A stretch of DNA of 64,000 nt. It comes from Deltaproteobacteria bacterium (GTDB taxonomy: Bacteria; Myxococcota; Kuafuiibacteriia; Kuafuiibacteriales; Kuafuiibacteriaceae). Numbering within the stretch: the stretch's first letter is position 1; each line of letters opens with the position of its first letter. Below are positions 56,449 to 64,000 of this stretch, one piece after another. The translations under genes and the position numbers were made by a program. The DNA is taken from the NCBI GenBank assembly GCA_040218735.1, contig JAVJQW010000047.1:32001-96000 (forward strand). Reading direction: 5' to 3'. The notes beneath the pieces are model-generated. The model did no database searches. It saw only the letters and a program-made list of their open reading frames with translations, and was not told where the DNA came from.

Positions 56449-57629
56449 GAGTAGATCAGGTGCGGTCGGCGGCGGTCACGGAAGCGGGCTTCGTCCTCGG
56501 CGAACGACCGGATGATCTCGTCCGTCGTGGCACCTGCCTCCAGGGCACGTCGCGGTCCCTCGGATCCGAACAGAAGATCGATCGCGAGTCGATCGGAGAT
56601 GAACTCGTAGCGCTCGCGCCGCCAGTCGAACCCCTCCGACTGCCGCATCGCCGCGCGCATCAACGCCACCGTGAGGCGGACCGAGCGCGCCGCCCAGCGA
56701 TCCGTGACGTGGACCTGCACGGCGCCGCAGTGTTTCCCGCCGTGTTTCTGGAACATCGGCTTGATCACCGTCGGCCGCAGGACGAACCCCGGGCCGACGT
56801 CCGAACGCGCCTCCGCCGCCCACGCCTCGCCGTCGAGGTAGGGCGCACCACACAGCTCGAACGGCCGCGTCGTCCCACGCCCCTCGCTCAGGTTCGTACC
56901 TTCGAGGATGCACTGCCCGGGGTAGATCCACGCGGCGTCGTTGGTCGGCATGTTCGGCGACGGCATCACCCACGGCAGGCCCGTCGCCTCGAAGTCCATG
57001 TCGCGACGCCACCCCTCCATCCGCACGATCTCGAAGTCGACGTCCCAGCCCTCCTCGGCCGCGACGAGGTTCGCGTACTCGCCGATCGTGAGCCCGTGCC
57101 GCATCGCGAGATCGAACGCACCGACGAAGGACCGGAACGCATCTTCGACCGCCGGCCCCTCGACGTCCTCCTCGCGCCCGCCGAGCGGGTTCGGGCGGTC
57201 GAGCACCAACACCCGCACCCCGGCCTCCCCCGCGACGCGCATCGCGTACGCCATCGTCGCGGCGTAGGTGTAGTAGCGCGCGCCGACGTCCTGCAGATCG
57301 ATCACCAGCACGTCGAGCCCGGCGAGCATCTCGACGGTCGGCGCGAGCGATGCCTCGTCGTCGCCATACAGTGAATAGATCTTGGCCCCGGTGCGTGCGT
57401 CCACGGGGGTCTCTTCGACCACCGTCTCCATGTCCTGCGCCGCCCCCGTGATCCCGTGCTCGGGACCGAACAGCGCGACGAGGTTCAGCTCCGCTGCCAC
57501 CATCAGGTCGACGACGTGCGTCAACGTGCGGTCGACCGAGGGCGCGTGCGCGAGCAGGCCGACCTTGGCGCCTTTCAGACGAGCGAAGGACTCCTGCACC
57601 AGCACGTCGAGCCCGGTTCGAACGGTCAT
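56445..57629 (-). CDS. namZ: Exo-beta-N-acetylmuramidase (DUF1343)
   Basis: LFGPEHG, DLQDVGARYYTY, LDRPNP, RHGLTIGE, PSPNMPT, NLSEGRGTTRPFE. Confidence 0.9.
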   Translation of the reverse strand: MTVRTGLDVLVQESFARLKGAKVGLLAHAPSVDRTLTHVVDLMVAAELNLVALFGPEHGITGAAQDMETVVEETPVDARTGAKIYSLYGDDEASLAPTVEMLAGLDVLVIDLQDVGARYYTYAATMAYAMRVAGEAGVRVLVLDRPNPLGGREEDVEGPAVEDAFRSFVGAFDLAMRHGLTIGEYANLVAAEEGWDVDFEIVRMEGWRRDMDFEATGLPWVMPSPNMPTNDAAWIYPGQCILEGTNLSEGRGTTRPFELCGAPYLDGEAWAAEARSDVGPGFVLRPTVIKPMFQKHGGKHCGAVQVHVTDRWAARSVRLTVALMRAAMRQSEGFDWRRERYEFISDRLAIDLLFGSEGPRRALEAGATTDEIIRSFAEDEARFRDRRRPHLIYS

Positions 57630-57689
57630 CGGCACGGCTGTAACACGACCGCTTTTCGCGGGCGACATGCGCTAGACTCGACGCGTCGA

Positions 57690-60116
57690 ATGCGCGTTCC
57701 CTCCTGCGTCGCGTTACTCGCGCTGACGGCGTGTACGTCGGTCGACCCGCTGCCGTTCGAGGTGGACGGCGTGCCGGGCGACCTCGTCGTGGTCGTGACC
57801 GTCGCGGACGACGTCGTCACCTCGCGTCGCGTGACACGCTGGGAGGACGCCCCGATCCTCACGGTCGCGGACGACGAGGCGCTGCACTTGTCGCTCATCC
57901 GCGCGGGGGGCCTCGTCGACGCGGCGGGTGTCCCGCTCGCCGACGAACGACTCGACGCCGTCGCCGTCCGCCCCGCCGAGCGCGGCGCGTGTCGCGGCGC
58001 CACCACGACGGCGCCGCAGATCGTGTACCCCGGCGACGTCTGCCCGCTGCCGCCGTTCGCGGAGCACTTCGCCGATCCCCCCGACGCTCCGCGCCCCGCG
58101 CTCTCGCTGGTGTGGCCGGGGTCGACGACCTGCGACCTCGACACCAACGATCCACCGACGTCCGTGACCTGGTCGCTCCAAGCCCCCGACCCGAGCTTCT
58201 GGCCGCACGCGGTCTACGCCGTCGTGCCCGGTACGAACACGATCGGCGCGTTCGGGGAGCACCACGCGATCGCCGTCCCGAGCGGCGCCACCGCGACGCC
58301 GCCGTTCGTGAACAGCGTCATCTCCGCGGTCGGGGTCGCGGACGGCTTCGTCGTCGCGTCGCACAACCCCGCGCGTGTGTTGCGCACCGACGTCACCCAC
58401 TTCGATCCCAACCTCGGCGTCCTGCGCGGACCGCGCGACGTCGGCTTCCGCCCCGAGCGCATGCGCCGTCACGGCGACGCGCTGATCGTGGCCGGCGAGG
58501 GCCCGCAGCTGCGCCAACCGAAGGCACGCATCTGCGACACGTCGCTCGACACGTGCAGCAACCTGAACCCGGACGAGCTCGGGTTCCTCGGACGCGCGAT
58601 GCTCGACGCGACCCCCCTCGCCGACGGCGCGCTCCTCGCGATCGGCGACCACGGGCTCCTCGTCGTCGAACGCATCCCCGGCGCCGACGAGGTCCTCGAC
58701 GTCACCACCGATCTCCTCGAGGGCAGCCAGGCGCGCGGCACGTTGTCCACGACGACCGGCACCGTCGCGTGGAACGCGTTCGCCAAGGTCTTCGCAGGGC
58801 GCGACGAGGCGTTCGTGCGCGACTACCGGATGCTGCGCGTCGCGCAGCTCGCGGACGGACGCGTGTTGTTCTGCGCGAGCGCCGCCGACACGCTCGTCCT
58901 GACGGGAGACATCGGCCGACGCCACGCCCTCGCCCGCCCCGACCCACTGACGATCGTGGCGCAGGTCCCCGGTCGTTGCAGCGGCGTCTCCGTGGACGGC
59001 GAAGCGCTGCGTGTCACCACCGACGTCGGCGCGAACGTCGTCGTCGGCGTCGACGTCGAAACGACACCTCGAGTGGTGCTCCCGAACGTCGGCGTCCCGG
59101 CGTACCTCGACACCCTCGAAGACGTCACGATCGCGGCGCGCGCGGACGGCGCGGTGTTCGAGCGCAGCGGCGAAACCTTCGCGCCACGGTACGTCCCCGC
59201 GATGGCTCTGCCCGGAGCGCCGGTCGAGATCTTCGAGGCGTTCGCGCTCTTCGCCGACGGCGCGATCCAGAACTTCGACGGAGTCGATCGCACGCTCGTC
59301 ACCACCGCCACGGTCGTCGCCGCCGCCGAGAGCGCCGACGGCTTCGTCATCGTGCTCGCGGACGACGACGGCCTCGCGCTGCGCCGCACGGACGGCACCG
59401 ACTGGACCTCCGCGCCCGAACCCTTGGCGGTCGACGACGTACGCGATCTCGCCGTCGTCGCCTCCGGCGCGGTGGTCCTCGCCGACGCCCGCGGACGGCT
59501 CCACCTGCACGACGGGACGACCCGCACGATCGCCATCGACTGGGACGACCCGCTCACCGAGGTAGTCGAAACCGCACCCGGCCAACCGTTCGGGTGCGGC
59601 TTCAGCACGCACCCCGACGACGTGCTGCGCGCGGTCGCCGCGTGGGGCGGGACGGCCTGGGCTGCGGGCTGCGACGGCGCGCTCCTCCGCGTCGCCGCGT
59701 ACGCGGAGCCGCCGACCGCGACACGCGTCGCGTTCGTCTCGGATGCGCTCGGCACACGTTCGTTCTCTGCTGCGCTCGCCACCTGCCCTGACGAGCTCCT
59801 GCTCGGCACCGGGACCGACGGAAGCGACGACCCGCGCGTGTGGCGCTTCGCGGACTGCGAAGGTGTCCTCTGCGGGACCGACGCCGACCGCTTCATGCGG
59901 GCGCCGTCTGCGAGCCCCGCCGGCCTCGGCGGTGTCCTCGACCTCGCGCTTCGCGACGGACGAACACTCGTCGTGCACGAACGCGGCGTACACTTCCTCG
60001 GGAGCGACGCGCTGTTCCGCATCGAAGACCGGCCGTGGCGCGGCGGCTACCTCCCCGACGGCACCGCCGTGTTCACGACGTTCAACGGACGCTCGTTCTT
60101 CGGGCGGTCGGAGTAG
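57690..60116 (+). CDS. Large hypothetical lipoprotein (beta-propeller-like)
   Basis: LTAC lipobox; long GC3-rich ORF with short beta-strand repeats. Confidence 0.65.
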   Translation: MRVPSCVALLALTACTSVDPLPFEVDGVPGDLVVVVTVADDVVTSRRVTRWEDAPILTVADDEALHLSLIRAGGLVDAAGVPLADERLDAVAVRPAERGACRGATTTAPQIVYPGDVCPLPPFAEHFADPPDAPRPALSLVWPGSTTCDLDTNDPPTSVTWSLQAPDPSFWPHAVYAVVPGTNTIGAFGEHHAIAVPSGATATPPFVNSVISAVGVADGFVVASHNPARVLRTDVTHFDPNLGVLRGPRDVGFRPERMRRHGDALIVAGEGPQLRQPKARICDTSLDTCSNLNPDELGFLGRAMLDATPLADGALLAIGDHGLLVVERIPGADEVLDVTTDLLEGSQARGTLSTTTGTVAWNAFAKVFAGRDEAFVRDYRMLRVAQLADGRVLFCASAADTLVLTGDIGRRHALARPDPLTIVAQVPGRCSGVSVDGEALRVTTDVGANVVVGVDVETTPRVVLPNVGVPAYLDTLEDVTIAARADGAVFERSGETFAPRYVPAMALPGAPVEIFEAFALFADGAIQNFDGVDRTLVTTATVVAAAESADGFVIVLADDDGLALRRTDGTDWTSAPEPLAVDDVRDLAVVASGAVVLADARGRLHLHDGTTRTIAIDWDDPLTEVVETAPGQPFGCGFSTHPDDVLRAVAAWGGTAWAAGCDGALLRVAAYAEPPTATRVAFVSDALGTRSFSAALATCPDELLLGTGTDGSDDPRVWRFADCEGVLCGTDADRFMRAPSASPAGLGGVLDLALRDGRTLVVHERGVHFLGSDALFRIEDRPWRGGYLPDGTAVFTTFNGRSFFGRSE

Positions 60117-60138
60117 GGTCGGAGTAGGATCGGTCCGA

Positions 60139-61794
60139 ATGCGCCACGAGGACGAAACCGAGCGCACCCTCGATCGCTCGCAGTTCGAAGCCCAGCAGGA
60201 TCGCGGACGCCGACTGCGCCTCGTCGTCATCGGCGACGACCTCGTCACCACGCACCCGATCCCCACGCGCGGCACACTGCTCATCGGTCGCGACGCCGCG
60301 TGCGACGTCTTCGTCGACCACGCGTTGATCTCAAGAGAGCACGCGCGCGTCACCGCGTCCGAGGGGAGCGTCACCGTCGAGGACCTCGGCAGCCGCAACG
60401 GCACGCGCGTCGACGGACGTGCGTTGGAGCCGGGCCGCCCCGTCGAGATCTCCTCCGGGCAGTTGTTCGAAGTCGGCGAGACGTCCTGTCTGGTGCAGGC
60501 CTCCCACGCCGCCCCCCGGGCGCGTCGCCTCGCGACACACGGCTACTTCGAAGCACGCGTCGAAGCGTTGTGCGCGAGCGCCGCGGGCGGCTTCTCGGTG
60601 CTGCGCGTGCACCTCGGTGACGACGTCGACGCGGGCACCGCGCTCGCCGCGTTGAGCGAAGCCGACCTCGTCGGCAACTACGCCACCGGTGAGCTCGAAG
60701 CGCTCCTGCGGAGCCCCGACGCACGCGAGCGAGCGGAGACCCGGCTCACCGCATTGGAGGGGACGCGGTGCGGCGCTGCGGTCTTTCCGAGCGACGGCCG
60801 CACGGTGGACGAGCTCCTCGAGACGGCGTGTCGCCGAGTGCTCGGTCCGAGTCGAACGGCGCCGGCGGGGCGGATCGTCGCCGACCCGCGGATGAAGGAT
60901 CTGTACCGCGTCGTGGAGCGCGTCGCGCGCGGGACGATCAGCGTCCTTCTGCTCGGCGAGACGGGCGTCGGCAAGGAGGTCGTCGCGGAAGCGATTCACC
61001 GCGCCTCGCCGCGACGCCACCGCCCGTTCCTCCGCCTCAACTGCGCGGCGCTCTCCGACACACTCCTCGAGAGCGAGCTGTTCGGGCACGAGAAGGGAGC
61101 GTTCACCGGAGCGAGCGAGCAGCGCGCCGGCCTGCTGGAGTCGGCGCAGGGCGGGACGGTGATGCTCGACGAGCTCGGCGAGATGCCGTTGCCGACGCAA
61201 GCCAAGTTGCTCCGCGTCCTCGAGCAGCGGCAGGTGATGCGCGTGGGCGGGCGCGAGCCGATCGCGATCGACGTGCGCTTCGTCTCCGCGACGAACCGCG
61301 ACCTGGAGGCCGAAGTGCTGAGGGGGACGTTCCGGCAGGACGTCTACTTCCGCCTCAACGGCGCGGCGCTGACCGTGCCGCCGCTACGCGAGCGTCCGTT
61401 GGAGATCGACGCGCTCGCGGAGCAGTTCCTCGGGCAGGCGTCGGCGGACCTCGATCTGGATCCGCCGCTCGAGCTCTCCGACGCCGCGCGCGAGCTGTTG
61501 AAGGCCTACGCGTGGCCGGGCAACGTGCGCGAGCTGAAGAACGCGATCGAACGTGCGGCGCTGCTGACGACGGGCGACGCCGTGGAGCCGGAGCACCTCC
61601 CGATGGAGAAGATGTCGCTACCGCAGATCGGCGACGCGTCCTCCGCCGAACAGGCCGAGCGTCAGCGCATCCTCGACGCGCTCGAGAAGACCGCGGGCAA
61701 CCAGACCCGGGCCGCCGCGTTGCTCGGGATCGGGCGTCGCACGTTGACGACCAAGCTGACGAAGTACGGCATTCGCCGCCCGCGTAAGCGTTAG
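60139..61794 (+). CDS. FHA-domain sigma54-dependent enhancer-binding protein
   Basis: IGRD...SREHA...DLGSRNGT; GETGVGKE, GAFTGA, WPGNVREL, Fis-type HTH. Confidence 0.95.
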   Translation: MRHEDETERTLDRSQFEAQQDRGRRLRLVVIGDDLVTTHPIPTRGTLLIGRDAACDVFVDHALISREHARVTASEGSVTVEDLGSRNGTRVDGRALEPGRPVEISSGQLFEVGETSCLVQASHAAPRARRLATHGYFEARVEALCASAAGGFSVLRVHLGDDVDAGTALAALSEADLVGNYATGELEALLRSPDARERAETRLTALEGTRCGAAVFPSDGRTVDELLETACRRVLGPSRTAPAGRIVADPRMKDLYRVVERVARGTISVLLLGETGVGKEVVAEAIHRASPRRHRPFLRLNCAALSDTLLESELFGHEKGAFTGASEQRAGLLESAQGGTVMLDELGEMPLPTQAKLLRVLEQRQVMRVGGREPIAIDVRFVSATNRDLEAEVLRGTFRQDVYFRLNGAALTVPPLRERPLEIDALAEQFLGQASADLDLDPPLELSDAARELLKAYAWPGNVRELKNAIERAALLTTGDAVEPEHLPMEKMSLPQIGDASSAEQAERQRILDALEKTAGNQTRAAALLGIGRRTLTTKLTKYGIRRPRKR

Positions 61795-63290
61795 CGCGCT
61801 TGCTCGTAGCGTTCGATGCAGTCGGCGAGCTCCGAGGCGTCGGCGCGGAAGCCCGCGAGGGAAGCGCAGCGCGCGACGGAGGTGCGGTCTTCGTCGGACG
61901 GGAGGCGCTGCGCCGCGCGCTCGAGCGCCTTGGCCGCAGCGACCACCGACGCAGGATCCGACGGGTCGAAGTTGAACGCCGGAGCGGGAGGGGGCGGCGG
62001 GGGCGAGCCGACGTCGGCGCGGCGCGGTCGGAGCGGTCGGCGCGGGCTGAGCGGTCGGAGCGAGCGAGCGGGCCGGGCGTCCGCGGAGGGCGCCTCAACG
62101 GCGCGGTCGTCGGCGGGTCGGGCCACCGCCCCCGGCTCCGGAGCGACCCGCTCGACCGGGTCCGCGATCGGACCCGGCGCGCGCGACGCGACGACGGCGG
62201 CGACGCCCACGACGACCGCGAGCAGGAAGCCGATCAGCGCGGCGGAGCGCGGGCGCGGCGGAGCGACGGGTCGCGTGGGCACGGGCGTCGCGGACGTGAG
62301 GTCGCGCGGGAGGACCGCGGTGAGCGCGGGGGTTTCGATCGAACGCGTCAGCGAGTCGACCGCCACCCCCGTCTCGGCGCGGACGGGCGCGGGAGCGCGG
62401 AGGGCCTCGACGAGCGCGATGCGGAACGCTTCACACGAATCGAAGCGCTCCTTCGCCGAGAACGCGAGGGCACGGTGCACGGCGTCGTCGAACGCGCGGG
62501 AGAGCTCGGGGCGAAACGGTGCTGCGCGCGGCCTCGGTTCGAAGACGATGCGGCGCACGACGTCGGCGTGTGCGTTGGCGCCTTCGCTCGAGATCGCGCC
62601 GGACTGGATCGAAGCCGGTCGTCCGTCCACGCCGTGCGCGAACGGCCTTCGCAGCGTCGCGAGCTCGTACGCGATGACCGCGAGGGCGAACTGGTCGGCG
62701 CGTTCGTCGGCCGGGTCGCCGCGGATCTGCTCGGGCGACATGTACATCAGCGTGCCCATCATGCGTCCGACGGTGGTCTGGTCCGACGCGTCGACCTGGA
62801 CCTTGGCGATCCCGAGGTCGAGGAGGCACACCCGGTCCACGGCGCCGTCGACCTCGGTGACCATGACGTTCGTGGGTTTGAGATCCCGGTGCACGGCGCC
62901 CTCGGCGTGCACGGCCGCAAGGGCTGCGGTGAGACGATCGATCACGTGAACGATCTCGTCCTGCGTAAAACGGGACCCCGACGAAGCGCGGGCCCACATG
63001 AGCTCCCGGAGCGTCACGCCGGGAGCGAGCTCCATGGCGAGGTAGAGGGGCGCCCGTTCGGTGCTCGCGGCGACGACGCGCACCACGTTTTCGTTGTCGA
63101 TCGCCCGGAGGACTTCGACTTCGCGCGCGAAGCGTTCGACGGCTTTCTGCCGCGCCGCGACCTCGGGTTTGAGGAGCTTGAGCGCGACGTCGTCGCCCCC
63201 TTCGAGATCCTCGGCGAGCCACACCTCGCCGAACGCCCCCGCGCCGAGGGCCTTGCGCAATCGAAAGCGCCCGTCGACCGTCCGTTCCAA
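61791..63290 (-). CDS. Membrane-anchored Ser/Thr protein kinase
   Basis: LGAGAFGEV, VALK, HRDLKPTN, DLG, YMSPEQ; TM segment. Confidence 0.93.
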   Translation of the reverse strand: MERTVDGRFRLRKALGAGAFGEVWLAEDLEGGDDVALKLLKPEVAARQKAVERFAREVEVLRAIDNENVVRVVAASTERAPLYLAMELAPGVTLRELMWARASSGSRFTQDEIVHVIDRLTAALAAVHAEGAVHRDLKPTNVMVTEVDGAVDRVCLLDLGIAKVQVDASDQTTVGRMMGTLMYMSPEQIRGDPADERADQFALAVIAYELATLRRPFAHGVDGRPASIQSGAISSEGANAHADVVRRIVFEPRPRAAPFRPELSRAFDDAVHRALAFSAKERFDSCEAFRIALVEALRAPAPVRAETGVAVDSLTRSIETPALTAVLPRDLTSATPVPTRPVAPPRPRSAALIGFLLAVVVGVAAVVASRAPGPIADPVERVAPEPGAVARPADDRAVEAPSADARPARSLRPLSPRRPLRPRRADVGSPPPPPPAPAFNFDPSDPASVVAAAKALERAAQRLPSDEDRTSVARCASLAGFRADASELADCIERYEQAR

Positions 63291-63323
63291 GCGGGAGGAT
63301 CATAGCTGCTAACATCGGCCCTC

Positions 63324-64000
63324 GTGTCGCCCCTGTGGCTGATCGCCCTCGTGCCGCCCCTCGTCGCGGATCCGGCGCCGCCGCTCATCGTGGCGTCGGC
63401 GAGCCCGCGCGGCGTGACCCCGGCGCTCTCGAGCGCGGCGCTGCTGTCGGCGGTGGAGCGCGCGACGCCCTCACCGCTGGTGGTGCGAACGCCCGAACAG
63501 GTCGGTCTGGACGTCAACGCGCTGCTGGAGTGCCCGCTGGATCGCCGCCTCCTGTGCTGGACGGAGCGCACCGCGGCCGCGGCGGCGGACGCCGTATTAC
63601 TCGTCGTATCGATGGTGGAGGGCGCCGAGGGGACGACGTACACCGGCGTCCTCGTGGACGTTCGCATCGAGGCCACCTCGTCCGACCGCAGCGAAAACGC
63701 AATCTACGCAAGGGCCCCTCGCTTCGACCGAAGCGGCGTACGAAGTGACGGGCTCGCGGCCGCGCTCCAAGCCGACGTCGCGCGAGCGCTCGCGACGCTG
63801 GTCGCGCAGCGCGACGACCTCGTGCCCTGGGGTGAGGTCGAGCTCGCCGCCCGCGCGGGTCGCACCGTGCGCGTGGACGGCCGAGCCGTCGGCGTCACGC
63901 GGGACACCACCGCGATCCGCCTTCGTCCCGGCTCGCGACGCATCGCGCTCGACGAAGGTGAGATCGAGCGGGTCGTCGAGGTCCCCTCCGCGGGCCGCGT
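63324..64000 (+). CDS. PEGA-domain protein, 3'-truncated by window edge
   Basis: Open frame from GTG 63324 to the window end; PWGEV...VRVDGRAVGVT...LRPGSRRI. Confidence 0.6.
   Translation, partial: MSPLWLIALVPPLVADPAPPLIVASASPRGVTPALSSAALLSAVERATPSPLVVRTPEQVGLDVNALLECPLDRRLLCWTERTAAAAADAVLLVVSMVEGAEGTTYTGVLVDVRIEATSSDRSENAIYARAPRFDRSGVRSDGLAAALQADVARALATLVAQRDDLVPWGEVELAARAGRTVRVDGRAVGVTRDTTAIRLRPGSRRIALDEGEIERVVEVPSAGR

Noticed and set aside
60106-60128. 11-bp tandem duplication GGTCGGAGTAG spanning a stop codon
   Set aside because: Only two copies, most simply a slippage duplication. No supportable function.
57714-60404. Long antisense or alternate-frame ORFs (e.g. 57714-60404 minus, 18871-20508 plus, 31924-33513 plus, 45929-47719 minus)
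   Set aside because: These are shadow ORFs expected in high-GC DNA. They overlap better-supported genes and have no recognisable motifs.

Overview
High-GC, gene-dense bacterial window. Its gene content (FHA-sigma54 activator, Ser/Thr kinases, PEGA, FecR/ECF modules, many Cys-lipoproteins) points to Myxococcota or related Deltaproteobacteria; this is an inference. I saw no rRNA, tRNA, CRISPR array or transposase. Three accessory biosynthetic loci stand out. (1) 44.75-49.64 kb: an apparently undescribed RiPP operon with a perfect sigma54 promoter, an 86-aa precursor carrying three P-x-[VF]-x4-I-x-TCASS repeats, a hairpin, a tandem-PqqD/RRE protein, two different radical SAM enzymes, a GNAT and a SagB-type flavoprotein; the five enzyme/RRE genes overlap one another. 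(2) 12.6-28.1 kb: two convergent operons combining coenzyme-M-type sulfonate genes (comA, comB, comD, comE), a full 2-oxoacid chain-elongation set, a class III aminotransferase, a BioD-like ligase, an ATP-grasp ligase and a GGT; this is a candidate sulfonate natural-product pathway. (3) 36.8-38.4 kb: a splicease-like radical SAM/SPASM gene coupled to a CYG-motif membrane or lipoprotein. Also notable are a RelA/SpoT-fold protein with a lipoprotein signal, dockerin-like lipoproteins flanking an ECF/FecR pair, and a methyltransferase with a 1-nt frameshift. All family assignments come from motif recognition by eye, not from database searches.
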